Source: Saccostrea cucullata | Taxonomy: Eukaryota | Assembly: GCF_032062105.1 (NCBI RefSeq) | Contig: NW_026929714.1 | Coordinates: forward strand, 310,001-374,000 | Length of the DNA: 64,000 bases | Direction of reading: 5' to 3' | Shown: in pieces, positions 1-13,090 of the stretch | Layout of the letters: every line of letters begins with the position of its first letter | Numbering within the stretch: the stretch's first letter is position 1 | Notes under the pieces: generated by a model | What the model was told of the DNA's origin: nothing | The model's input: the letters and a program-made list of their open reading frames with translations, nothing else | Database searches by the model: none | Made by a program: the position numbers and the translations under genes

Positions 1-187
1 AATGGCATAATTTCAGTTTTTGCAGGATCTTATGAATATTAATGAGAGCTGAATCACGTGGGAGCAACCTCATGAATAAACTGCACGTCATTTCTCCATA
101 TGTTGCATTGAATCAGCAATGAAAAATAAACAATTCACAGTGATATATAAACCTTTGGAAATGAAAAATACTCGATAGAGAAATAAA

Positions 188-3100
188 ATGAGTTCTAGTG
201 TAAAATTCAATTCTTTTGACGATAGATATGTCCACACAACTGATGAGCAACCCACGATTATTGCTGTCTCATCTGGAATAGCAACCAAAAAGATTGCATT
301 AATCTTTGGTGCTATTGTCGTTGTTGGAATCATTGCTACAGTTGGGGTTATTCTTGGTGTCGTTATTCTGAAGAAAGGTAATAATATGAAATATGTAACA
401 CATACTTTTCATCACATAAAACGTAAATATTATCAACGCTAATTTCAATTAGGATAATTTGATGGAAATGTTACATCTAAAATAAATCAAAGATTTCAGG
501 TGTATACAGAAAATATTTAACATTTTAAATAAATAAATAGGGAAAAAAAAATCATTCACAATTTGTCCATAGTTGATAATACTCGTAAATCATTTGCAAA
601 TTATATGTTCATATTAATATAAAAATATGTATATTTAAGCATTGAATTAATATGTTTGGATGTCTTCGGTCCTATAACACACCTGGCCGTGTCGACAAAT
701 TGAATACCGCGCGTTAGCGCGGGATGATAATTTGTCGGCACGGCCAGGTGTGTTATAGGACCGAAGACATCCAAAAATATTAATTCAATGCTTATATTTA
801 CATTCTCTAATTTTCCTTCTTCACAATTGCTTATTTTGTTAATCTTTAATGTGAATTTTGCGCCCTTCAAAACTGCCGTGGTTAATAGATGTAAGAGCTG
901 TTTGTGACGTCAAATGACGTTAAATGACGTTGCAAAGTTAAATTACGAAAACAAACATTGCGAGGAAAAAAAGTAACAAATTAATTCTGAACGTCCATTT
1001 CGTTAATTTTACGTTAATTTTTCAGGGTTATAGTTTTTATTAAATTGAAATAAAACATTTTACATCTTGGTGTTCCTAGAGTATTGAAAATGCATATAGT
1101 TCCTACTGTGTATTCTAACGCGCGGTGACAAGGTTTCGCGTGTGTTATAGAAATTTGAACGTCGTGGATTTCTAATGGATTTCATAAGGAGAATTACACC
1201 GAATGTAAATATTTAAGCATTGAATTCATATTTTTGACTGTCTTCGGTCCTATAACACACCTGGCCGTGCCGACAAATTAAATACCGCGTGTTAGCGCTG
1301 TATGTTAAGTCTGTCGACACGGACAGGTGTGTTATAGGACCAAAGACAGCCAAAAATATTAATTCATTGCTTATATTTACTTTCTCTAATTTTCCTTCTT
1401 CATAATTGCTCATTTCGTTAATCTTTAATGTGAATTTAGCGCCCTTCAAAACTGACGTGGTTAATAGACGTAAGAGCCGTTTGTGACGTCAGATGACGTT
1501 GCAAAGTTAAATAACGCAAACAAACATTGCGAGGAAAAAAAGGGACAAATTAATTTTAAACGCACATTTGTAGTATTTTTACGTTAATTTAACAGGTTTA
1601 TAGTTTTTAATTAAATCGAGTCAAAACATTGTACATTTTATTGTTCCTAGATTATAGAAAATTCATGTAGTTCCTACTGTGTATTCTAACGCGCGGTGAC
1701 AAGGTTTCGCGTGTGTTATAGAAATTTGAATGTCGTGGATTTCTAATGAATTTCATAAGGAAAAATATACGGAATGTAAATATTATGATATATTTACATT
1801 CGGTGTAATTCTCCTTATGAAATCCATTAGAAATCCACGACGTTCAAATTTCTATAACACACGCGAAACCTTGTCACCGAGCGTTAGAATACACAGTAGG
1901 AACTATATGCATTTTCTATAATCTAGGAAGAATAAAATGAACACTGTTTTGACTAAATTTAATTAAAAACTATAACCCTGTTAAATTAACGTAAAAATAC
2001 TACAAATGTGCGTTTAAAATTAATTTGTCCTTTTTTTTCCTCGCAATGTTTGTTTGCGTTATTTAACTTTGCAACGTCATCTGACGTCACAAACGGCTCT
2101 TACGTCTATTAACCACGTCAGTTTTGAAGGGCGCTAAATTCACATTAAAGATTAACGAAATGAGCAATTATGAAGAAGGGAAATTAGAGAAAGTAAATAT
2201 AAGCAATGAATTAATATTTTTGGCTGTCTTTGGTCCTATAACACACCTGTCCGTGTCGACAGACTTAACATACAGCGCTAACACGCGGTATTTAATTTGT
2301 CGGCACGGCCAGGTGTGTTATAGGACCGAAGACAGTCAAAAATATGAATTCAATGCTTAAATATCAACTTAATTGTGCAGAGGACCGCTTAGCTGTGGTT
2401 TTATACTAGGGGTAATATGTTCCCAGATTTTCCTGGATTAACTATATATTTATCAAGGTCTCCTGGCGGATTTGATCAATTGACAGGGGATGCTTACTCC
2501 TCCTAAGGAACTCATTCCTCCTGTCATGCTTCCAATGGTCCGTGTGCTTGTCCTGTCCAAGATCCATATGATTTACAGGGTTTCTGTGATTGGTTTTTCA
2601 CATTTTTGTCCCCCATTGAAAATGAGGGATATTTATTTCGATCTGTCCGTTTGTTTGTCCATCCGTCTGTATCTGTATTTCTGTCCGTTTGTAATACTTT
2701 CGTTTCCACGCGATTTCCCGAAAAGCCTTTGAGCTATTGCAATGAAAAAAAAAACTAACGCCCTATGATCTGTGGAAGACCACTTTTGATTTTAAGGTCA
2801 AAAGTCAAGGTCTTAAATTAAAAAAAAATATACTGTCCGTTTTTACATTTTCCGAGTGGTATTTCCAGAAACCTTTGCTTATCTCAAAATCGTAAAGTTA
2901 TACATTCGATGTGTGTATAAAACTTTTATTTTCGTGCGATATTTCAAAAAGCCTTTGAGTTTTGAAAATTCAGCTTTATACCATAGCTTTCGATGACCCC
3001 TTCCGTGTTTCTTTAGGTGCCTCCCCTCGAGCCCTCCCTAGATTCGCGCATGCTCTTCTTTTCTCCTTAAGCGGGGCCACAGATTCTCTGAATGAGTTTG

Positions 3101-6100
3101 GTGACAATCCTTTTTGAATACGTTCAAAAAAGAAGATATGAACACTTTATTAAGATTTAAAAAAAAAATTTGCTATACCTATAATTAATTATTCATAGAT
3201 ATTCATTTTTTAAAGCTGTATACAAGTTGCGTTTTCCTTCATGTACACATCTGTAATTTGTTAATGCATAAGTGATTACATCGAGTTACATTTTTCAAGA
3301 ATATTTTACTCACGTTGCAATTGAGTGCTTCAGAAATTTCTTGTGTTCATATTAATATGAATAATATATTATAATTATATTTAATTGTATATTATTTTCG
3401 TTCTGAAGACCATAAAGGAAACGACCAGCCACCTGCAGTTATAAATGGTAAGTATACATTTACTACTTACACACTCTTCACCTTGAAGTCTTGTTTGAAT
3501 TCACACAGAATAATGGTTATTATTTTTTTTTTGCATAATTATAAAAAGTTGGAATACATGTATTAGATAAATTGCATATTCCGATTAAGAATAAAGAATT
3601 CATTAAAATACATTTAAACATAAGACATACAATTTTCTTTTAAGGACCAATAGATGGGAAATGGACTTACTGGGATTCATGGTCAGACTGTACTGTTACC
3701 TGTAGCGGGGGAAAACAAAGGCGCACCCGTAGCTGTACTTCTCCTCCACCTATGTTCGGGGGAAATTCCTGTGTAGGAAATTCAGAAGAAATAAGACAAT
3801 GCTCAACTTGGAATTGCCCAGGTAAGTAAGTAGGACCAAAACTTTTCTATACCTTAGGCTAATAAAAAAAAGGCTGCGTCACTGTTTTGATTTTTAGCCG
3901 GGCTTTGCTAAAAGTAAAGTCCTGGCTATAGGCATCATGATCGACTGTCTTACTATAAATAGCACAGTAAACAAAAAAAAAAACAAACAAACAAACAAAC
4001 AAACAACTTAAAAGCAGACGCTTCCGATAAACGAAATAGTGCCATTGCGAGACGATGTTCAAACAAATATTTTTAATATCCCAATCGTTGGAAAAGTTAA
4101 TAATCAACATTTCTGCTTGAGAATTAAACTGAGAGAGAAATTACATATTTGCTCTATTGAGAAAATCGTAATATAACAATTTGTGCACATACGCAGCTGA
4201 ATGCATATTGTAAGGGAACTATTTTCAATTGGGTGGGCTTTTCGAAAGGTTGAAATTGTTGAAGAGTTTCATGTCGCTTGACAAAGTACATGTATCAGTT
4301 TTTGTACATGTAGTTGGCGATAAAACTACTGTTTGTTTGAAACTAAAATAAAGAATGTCTCTTAAATATGTGCATTATTTTAACTATTCCAAGACTAAAT
4401 TTTTAAATTATGAGAAAAATATCTATTGAATAGAAAATATGCAAGAATTTTTTTTTTGGAAATATTATTTGTTAGATTTTAAAATCATGACATATCTTGG
4501 GGTCTGGACTGTTAATCTTAATTACTGGTATATGGGATGTTGTTAATTATAATCATACAAACTCTACCTGCTAAATGGCCGAAAGGAAGAAAAAATTAAA
4601 CATAAACTAATTTCGGTTCAGACAATATGCTTGAGCAATTAAAGCCCGGCTTTCAATTCTTTCAATACTTTGATTTATACTGTGTTTAAAAGTCACATTC
4701 ATTAAAGCCTTGGATTCTGCTCAGAGCAGATTAAACATTTTTTATATTTTCAGGATGATGGTTTGAAAAATAAAACCAACATCCTGAAAATAAAAAAAAA
4801 TTCTCTTCTATTTTAAGAAAGAAAAAAATATGGCTTTTAAGACATTCAATAGATGTTTAATTTTGCTTATTTTTCATAAATATGAAATCCTTAATTGCTT
4901 TGTTTGGCGATGATCCTATTTTGAAAAAAAAAGTTAAAATAATGGAACCAAAGATTTTGGTACCTCATCTTTACCTCATCTTTTCTTAAAACAGGCCAGG
5001 ATTCTGACTATTCATAGGAATAACTAGTTATTTTGAATTATTCAACCAAAATTGCATCCATTTAATGGTAATTAAACAGAGGATCGAAAAAAGAGTTATA
5101 TTGTATACCCTAAGCATTTTTCAACAGTTTCCTGTTGCATGAAAGACACAGAGCTTAATTAAGAAATACAAATTACCATTGTTTGCTGGTTCTAGACTAG
5201 TCATTTAAGTGATTCTTTTATCTCTATTTATGAAGAAATTTTAAGATTTTAGCTTCATCAAAAATTCACTTTTTCAAACATATCCTGGAATTTTCTCTAC
5301 TTTTTCTAACGTATTTCTTTCTCTGAACTGGCTTCAGCGTGCTACCGTAACAAACAACAAACAATTGGTAAAATGCAAACGAGACCTGATTGATAAAAAA
5401 AGCAAATAAAGCATAATTCCTTTCACTCGAAATAATTCAAATTTAAAAATTCTATTCAATTTGTGAATATATTTTTCAGATTGTTTGAAGATTCCTAATC
5501 TATGGCTGTCCATTTACCCCGAGACGCGTCGAAAATAGAATTTATAAAGAATATGGATGCCTTCATATGTCCATTTGAAAAAGTTTTACATAAAGTTATT
5601 TTCGAACTTTCTTCCTACACATAAGGAAAAAAACCCCACTTTTTTGCTGCAGATCTATATTTTCACATAGAGTTATAATAAGGAGATTTATACACATATA
5701 ATTATATAATTACAAGCTTAATACTCATCGATTGATTGTTTTATTACCATATTTAAATAGAGAGTTTAACGTCACAGAATAATACAAGGCATGCGCCTGA
5801 AAAAGTACATAGACAATTTTTCTTAAAGCTCTCTGTTAAGCTTATAGATGAGAAGAAAAGGTATATTTAAATGAAAAATAAAAATACAAATAAATTCACA
5901 AAATAATTTCAGATTGTGCCAGGACATGTCCTAATGGTGGAAGTCTTAGTCATAACTGTGAAATATGTGAATGCCCTTCATCAACGATCATTGGCAGGGT
6001 GATGGACCGCACCAACTTTACACTTGAAGGGGTTGAAATATTCTTGTCTTACCGTCCATGGAGTCCTATTGCTACAACAAATGTTCGTGGTGTATACACT

Positions 6101-9100
6101 GTATCAAATATATGCTTCAACTCTACTACCATTTTTGCAAAGAAAAGTGGTTTTTCAATTGCATATGTTACTCCAAGGAGACTGAATGCGACTCACTGGG
6201 AAGCATATTTTGAAATAAGAAAATTTGGTTCGTATTGAGATCAGTATACTTGTACATGTAAATGATATAACCTGATCTAATGAGATACAAGTTTGAAAAG
6301 TCAAGAAAAAATTAAAAGGATGTCAACTTTAAATTCTCAAAAAAAAAAAAAAAAAAAAGCTCGAAAATTTCGTGTTCTCTAATTTTTAAATGTTGGAATT
6401 AACGAGAAAAAATGTTACAAGTTTGAAAAAAGACCATTTACGGAATACATTTTTAAAGCTCCCTTTTCATGTTCCTCTAATCATTGTTTTAAAAAAATCT
6501 TTCCCGTAGTTTATATTTAGGTCAAAGCATCTTCATCAAAGTGGGATTATCCTTTGAGATGTAAATTTATTGATTTAAACTTCTTCACATATATGTTTAA
6601 AAATTGGATTTTAAGTATTTATGTGTATTGCACATTAAAAGAGTCGAACACATGTTATTAAATTAACTTGGATCTATGTAAAGATTTAATTGTGTACCGG
6701 AATGCCATTATGAAGGCATTGCAGTGAATATTTTGTTGCTCACTTTTGTAAGCATAAACATTTCATCTTCAGAAAAACCTTGGATTTCCCGAAAGCCTGT
6801 TCCAAAAATCCGATTTGTTGGACAATCAGCCACGTTTTGCTGTGAGGCAAACGGTTTCCCCTTACCCATAGACTTTATATGGTACACTCTTTTGATGAGA
6901 TTTTCTCTGTAAAGAAATTTTTTTTAATCAATATTAAAAATTATTTAAACTGCCGAAATTTTGTAAAAAATCTCTATCTAAATTTAGGTTCAAAGATGAT
7001 AACTTATTGCCAGGAATGGGAACAAATGGAAATTTGGTTGTTAGTTCCATTCAGAAATCAGACGCTGGGGCATACTATTGTAAGGCTACCACGGAAGCAG
7101 GATCAGTAACATCTGAACGCGTAACTTTAGATGTAAGAGGTATGTAGGATTTACACGAATATTTAATAATTTATTTTCTCTACAAAGTATTGCAGAAAAA
7201 GAGGTGTTTAATCAATTGCAATCAACATTTCTCTTCACTCAACACGTGAATTGGAATTTGCATTAGATTTTCATAATGATTATTTGAAAAGAAAAAAAAA
7301 CACAATGTAAAACACTTACTAGACTACTGGTTACTAGAAGTAAAAAAAATATTGGTGACGGAATAGAACAGAGAGAGGTTGTATTTTAAACAAGGAAAAA
7401 TAAATTAGTGCTTTCAATAGAAATTGGCCCTGTATTTTTCTACAATTATGAAGTGATGTAAGAAATTAAAATTGATCATCTCTGAATTAATGAAATTTCA
7501 TGCAGTAAAACATGTAAATCGTTTCTCCAATATGACCTCCTAAATGATTATTATTACGTCATGAAAATGTACATCTCCCGTACTTGTTTTAAAGTCACAG
7601 AAGACATGTACATCTATTTTAGTGAAATTTTCTTTCAAAAAACATACAACGAATGCATCGCCCACAAAGATTTGAGATATGTGATTTTTCAGAGCATTTT
7701 ACACAACATATCTAAAACTTTGAGTATGTGAGGGCTGCGGACACTATTTTCTAAAGGCAAATAAGCACAAAATAAGTCATTTTCTGTGTAAAACTTAAAA
7801 ATAATCAAGTTATGGTCGTCATATTTCCAGAATAATCATCCTTCATGCCAAATGTTTTAATGAATTATCATATTCATCTACTTAACTCATGTTTTAGACA
7901 ATTTCAAAACTTTTTAAGAACATTATTTTTAGGGTAGACCAAGTCGTACCTTCGTTTTAAAATTATTTTGTCTTAAGTAAAATAATAGAAGTAAAACATC
8001 TTTTTAGATACCTCTTATGATACCTGCAATCCAGTACCTACAGTGAAGGAAGAAACTCTACCAACTGGCTGCTATTTTAATGATAAAGGCAACAGTAAGT
8101 CAGTAGTAAACGTCGGAAAATGTCCAAATAGTAAATGCATTACAAATACCCTAGCTGACAATGGTACATGCGAAGATTGGTGGCCTCCTCACTGCTGTGA
8201 CGTATCCCAAACAGAGACAATTGAAATAGAATGCTCTGGAGGGTTTACCTATCCGATCACGAAAGTTATTTCTTGCAAATGTCGCGAAAACGTGATAAAC
8301 ACTCTTCTAAATGGAATAGCGTATGGTGTACAAAACGGAACTAGAATTCCTTTTGTCCGAGGAGAAGTCATGATAGACGGCGAAGTGAAATCTGTAACTT
8401 CGGCGACAGGATACTTTTCTGTCAATGTATTAGGAGAGGTTTCTCGTGTTGTCATGAACTTGCGTAATGATAGGTCTGGCCAACTCTTAGATACAAAAAG
8501 AGTGATAGATATTTCATATGGTACAACGACCTCCATTGATATCCACGTTCCACTAAAACCGGCACCAAAAACTTTCAACACACATCTCGGATTTGATATA
8601 CCCCTCGGGATGAAAAATGGAAACTCAGCAACTGCGAGGTTATCAATCGCAGCAGGCAGTGTTGTTGATGGAAATGGTAATGCTTTTGACGGGACAGCAA
8701 ACGCACGAGTTCATTACGTTGATCAACGGAATTTGGAAGATCTCGATGAGATGTACGGAGAATTAAGATTTACAGACGAAGAGGGAGATTCTGTTGACTT
8801 AGAAACATTTGGTATGCTTCAGTTATCCGTAGAAGACAACTCTGGAACACCTTTATATGTAAACGGAAAAATCAAAATGTCGCTTGATCCAGCACCTTTA
8901 AATTTGTCAAACGAAGGTGAAAATCTGCATTTGTATAGCTTAGACGTTAACACAGGAAAGTGGGTTGATCAAGGACTAATGCCGTACACTTCTTCCAGTG
9001 GTTCAAGTCGTAAACGAAGGTCAACGGGAGGAAATCTTGAGGGTATTGTCACAGATGCTATTCCAGTTATAGATCTAACACAGATAGTTGATAATATTAT

Positions 9101-10474
9101 TAAAGTAAGCTATACCAGATTAGTATCTTTAATCAACATAAGCCTAAGTAGACCTCGTATATATCGTATTATAACTGAATATCGGACAGTTGTTTCTCAT
9201 GATGTTGTCACGCGACATGATGCATGCTTTGTAAGAGTGAAAGCGTACACTGACTTTACATTTCGCAACGCAGCTGATGGTGTTCGAATTATAGCAGCGA
9301 CAAGAACTAAAAATGGAGGGCCATTTAGAGGGAAAATGTCCATGATAACGAACAATAATGTTAATAGTGGGATTTTGTGCATGCCGATATTTTGTAATTC
9401 TGATGTGTACCTCGCTGCAGAGAAAAATGGAAAATATTACGCTTCAGACAATCATATTTTACCCTCCGTAGCTGAGTCAGTGAACGTTGCAAATGGTACA
9501 CAAGTCAAACTTAATTCAGATTATGTCAATCGGGAAGGACCAGTTTTCCTTTATCAAAGACGACCACAATGTGAAGATAACGCATTTTCTAGCTTTGTGT
9601 TTCAGTTTGCCCCTCTCTTAAAGGAAGGCGAACGTAATTCGTTGTCTGGAGATAACGTACATAATCAAATAAATTCTTGGTATACCGAACCTTCAACTAG
9701 TCCCTTCAGACGAACATGCTTCATGAAAGTGAAAGTAGTGGTATGTAATCATTTTATTGTTTATTGTATGCAATTGTACCTAAAAATGCTTCTTTTAAGA
9801 AAATTAAAATCATCCTCTGAAACTATTTCAAGTGAAAAAAATGTGTAATTATATTAATAATTTCAAAGTTTCATATTTCTTTTAGTCCAATGAACATACT
9901 CTGCGGGCAATAGGAGTCAGTAGGATGGAATATGTAAGCAATGTACCTTTCTTTGGAACTTTTCAAGCACCAATTATATGGGATGAAACTACAAATAATA
10001 GGAGAGAAAAAGCTGCTTGCATAGAATTTCGATGTCCTGGAAGACTCATTGATGGCACCAACGTAATCAATAACATAGCCACACTTCTGAGGGTACAAAT
10101 TCTGAGTCAAGAAGGTCATGTTTGCAATATTACGTAAGAATTTACTTTATTTTAATCATAATTTCAAAAATGTGATTAGAAATCCTTAATGTGTGAGAAA
10201 CATGAAAATTTTATAATAAATTCTAAAAACTTTTTTTTTCAGAAACGTGGCAAGTGGACTTAATATTACTCGTACTTCAAGCATACTTGGTGGAGGTTTT
10301 GAGTTTCGGGCAGATCCAAACGACAATTACGGCGTCGGAATGGGAGTATTCATCCGAACGTTTCCCTTTGAAACTGCTAGATCTACCTGTCGCACTGGCT
10401 TAGACTCAACAAATATTAGCCCAATTATGAAGCCCAATTCAAATCCAGCAGTCGAATTGGAATGCATAATCTAA
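188..10474 (+). CDS. CILP-like (cartilage intermediate layer protein family) protein, copy 1, 1064 aa; exons 188-377, 3409-3447, 3645-3821, 5913-6227, 6773-6881, 6988-7139, 8008-9740, 9886-10133, 10243-10474
   Basis: Nine exons with GT-AG boundaries and matching phases join into one 3195-nt ORF. Motifs: hydrophobic anchor [30 protein letters not shown]; TSP1 ([28 protein letters not shown]); Ig ([12 protein letters not shown]...WFKD...DAGAYYC); CILP-type [17 protein letters not shown]...SCKC, LETFGM, GKW; RKRR (9009-9020); CFVRVKAY; CIEFRC. Copy 2 has identical exon sizes. Confidence 0.88.
631..2364. mobile_element. Unclassified about 575-bp element in three copies (direct, direct, inverted) in intron 1 of copy 1
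   Basis: Units 631-1211, 1209-1783 and inverted 1790-2364. Each has a terminal hairpin of about 165 bp (ATATTTAAGCATTGAATT...AATTCAATGCTTATAT). Absent from the matching site in copy 2 (about 34500). Confidence 0.75.
2601..2990. mobile_element. Degenerate non-autonomous Helentron-type element (paralogous remnant at about 34740-35090)
   Basis: TTTTTGTCCCCC...GAGGGAT end hairpin, TCCG/TCTG microsatellite, AAGGTCAAAAGTCAAGGTC satellite-like unit; same layout as 28763-29140. Confidence 0.5.
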
Positions 10475-10798
10475 CAAAGATTTATAATCATTGCTTTTAT
10501 TATTTTCTTTGATAATGTATTTTAATCACCTTTTATGATGTCAGTTTTATTAATCATGTTAATGGTGTTTCTAATTTGACCATTTAATTCCGTCATTTGT
10601 TAAGCAATATTTGTGACCAAATCAAGGACAGACAAACTAATTTTTAAACATATATATACATGTCTTAAATATTGTTCAATATGCTGCTACCATTATGTTC
10701 ATGTTTTATGTTTGTAAGCTAGTAAAATGTCTATTAAATATAAGCCATTCAAAATAAGTCTTTCTAAAAAAAACTTATGAATGTTATTTATTCCTTCA

Positions 10799-12458
10799 TC
10801 AGGTACATTTTTATGTCATTGCAATTCCCACTTCCGGGTTCATTACATAATTGCTTTCCAATGCATTCTTCCCTGTGTAACAACTAAACTGAGCATTCAT
10901 TTTCTTATCCCGATACACTCCGACATTTGGGCCATAATTACTGTCAGGGATAAAAGTTCCAATGAAGGGAGAGTCTGTGGTATTTATGTTAGATTTGGTC
11001 TTTAGTTCATCCGAAAGCGATCTGGAAAAAAATCAAACATTGCCTATCTCGAGCGCACTAAATAACATTAAGAAGTAAGGTATATGAAATAGAAAAACGT
11101 CACGTATTGTCATAATAAAATACTTACATTAAGCTGCATGTTGAACCTGGCACTTTAGATATATATGCAGTTAAAATGTTAAAAATAAAAAAAATTATTG
11201 TTAGATGAGTCATACATGGGACATCTAAACTCAACGCAAACTGCTCGTTTGCCATGCCTGTTTCCTTTTAGCGGTGCGCTGAATGTTCCAAACCAAAAAC
11301 CTGTTTCTTCGCTATAACTTTTACCGACCGTTCCCGTGGACACAAGATTTGTCTGAAATAAAACATAATATTTTTTTGCAAACCACCTTTATCATGTTTA
11401 TCGAAAATTAAAAAAAAAATATCTCGTTTTGCGAAATTTCTTAAAAGAATTAATGGTCTATATCTCCATATCAATTACTGTATATTAATCGTATTTTTGC
11501 TTGATAGAAAGTATACAATTGTAAACTTAAATAAGAGGTACTGTATGCAATGAGTAATGATGCACTCCCATCTGGTTACAATGACAAAGTCGGTATTTCT
11601 CCCTGGCAGATCCGAAAATGTAAAGGTCCCATCAAATTTAATTCAGTATAGGATTAACGGATAAAAGATGGACACTCTTAAGCGCAACACACTGTCGGAC
11701 GGATCAACGAATGGACGACAGTATAGACGGAAGGACATCCCGATTACTTTATATACGTAACGCTTTTGCTTTTCAATCGGGGAGGATTGACTTGATACAG
11801 CACCTCAATCCAAATAAGAAAAAAAAAGTATGTGTAAATTTAATGACTTCACCTTCACGACAACTCGTTTGCATTATATTGACGTCTTATTCTAGTTTAC
11901 TTTGACTGAATGGCTACTTGTAGTTCAGAAAAGAGAAAGTGCAGAGTAATCCTTAACATAATTACCGACGAAGGATTTTATACACAAACCTTTCGCACAA
12001 GGAGGAAAGCTTCATCATATTGGTATTGTAAAAATAAAAATACAAATTGCGGCAATTATCGCTATTAAAAAAAAACATTTTTAATTTTTTGTCCTGGAAT
12101 TGAAGTAAAAACATGTACACTAAATATCATGACAATGCTGAAATTTTACCTTTATTTGAATTTTCACAAAGCAAGCTTCTTGAATGAACGCTGGATACTA
12201 AGAAGTACCAAAATCGTATTCTTTTGCATCAGGATTTCTTGTTAGTTTTCCCGAGAGACCTTGGAAATGAAAAGAAAAATATTGTCGTTTTGTGTTTTGT
12301 TCGGCACACTTTTCATCATTTGTGAAAATCGAACCATTTGTGTTGAGGATTGCAAATTTAATTTGTTCAAAATCTATGTTGATTTCCTCTCGGTATTCCC
12401 TAACAGTATATATAAATTTTGGTAAAATATTTTTTTTCTTGAAGCGGTAAGTGCTTTT
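10799..12458 (-). pseudogene. Pseudogene copy of the stand-alone CILP C-terminal gene (remnant exons about 12458-12150, 11352-11128, 11021-10799)
   Basis: Clear paralog of 51845-56127. Lesions: TGG>TAG at 12198-12200 (SWYP), a net +7-nt frameshift in the middle exon, and TAC>TAA just before the last Cys. The 5' half of exon 2 and exon 1 are not visible and are replaced by transposon sequence from about 12460. Confidence 0.85.
11531..11790. mobile_element. Degenerate Helentron-type non-autonomous element (paralogous copy at about 53543-53960)
   Basis: ATAAGAGGTACTGT start, GGAC/GACG microsatellite, 3' GC hairpin remnant; similar to 16036-16335. Confidence 0.5.
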
Positions 12459-12459
12459 A

Positions 12460-13090
12460 TACGACAGCGTATTCGTGCCACTGACAATGTAGAGAATTTT
12501 AAAATAAAATCGTTTGTACGATTTTTTAATCGTTTGTACAATTTTTTAAAATAGTATTTAGGATTTTTGAAATTGTTTGAACGATTTTTTAAATCGTTTG
12601 TACGATTATTAAAATCGTTTGAATGATTTAAAGAAAAATCGTTTGTCGATTTAGAAAATCGTTTACGATTTGAAAAATCGTTTGTACAATGTTTTGTCTT
12701 GTTATTGCACGTAGAAGAAGCGTAGTAGAAAACCTTGCACAAGTAGAACAACGTATCCAGACATAGTTTTAATGAATGGCAGAGAAACATTGATCAAGGG
12801 GTATTTCAAAATGGGTTTAACTTTTTAGGAAATTGCACAGATCCTTTCGCAAACTCAGCGAGTCTTTCTTAGTGAATGAAAGTTGAAAAGGACAAAGGCT
12901 TAGTTGGGACTGTTCATATGTAAGAACAAATCCGACATATGGGGATGTAGCTTTTTTTAATTGAGGAAACACTTGAGTCATGTGGTCAATTGCATGGATA
13001 CAGCTGATTGTACTGGAAAACTGTTATGCAGGATTTACATGTACCGTTTCTCAAGAAAATATTCGATGTCTTCTTTCTATACAAGATTAA
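12460..13090 (+). mobile_element. Truncated DNA transposon with degenerate transposase N-terminus, IS3EU-like
   Basis: Begins TACGACAGCGTATTCGTGCCACT, followed by about 21-bp subterminal tandem repeats (AAATCGTTTGTACGATTTTT, 12505-12690). A broken ORF from 12772 reads MNGRETLIKGYFKMGLTF*EIAQILSQ...LGLF..KNKSD...GQLHGY...VSQENIR. Family assignment is from memory of the motif. Confidence 0.55.

Noticed and set aside
143-151. TATA box (TATATAAA) upstream of both long genes
   Set aside because: Conserved in both copies but very close to the ATG, directly after a possible CAG acceptor, in very AT-rich DNA; cannot be supported without TSS data.
601-2360. Three similar ORFs (MKGAKFTLKIN...), two of them identical
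   Set aside because: They start at TTG, run through the hairpin of a repeated non-coding element, and are identical only because the DNA is duplicated and inverted.
8249-10119. Antisense ORFs conserved in both copies (8249-8581, 9197-9382, 9871-10119 and counterparts)
   Set aside because: Shadows of the conserved + strand exons; no independent motifs.
12505-12690. CRISPR-like periodic repeats (also the CATATG arrays at 36796-37110 and 44725-45010)
   Set aside because: No unique spacers, no cas genes, eukaryotic context; they are transposon subterminal repeats.
12374-12790. 138-aa ORF with NRTNDF-type repeats
   Set aside because: Antisense read-through of about 21-bp subterminal tandem repeats of a transposon.
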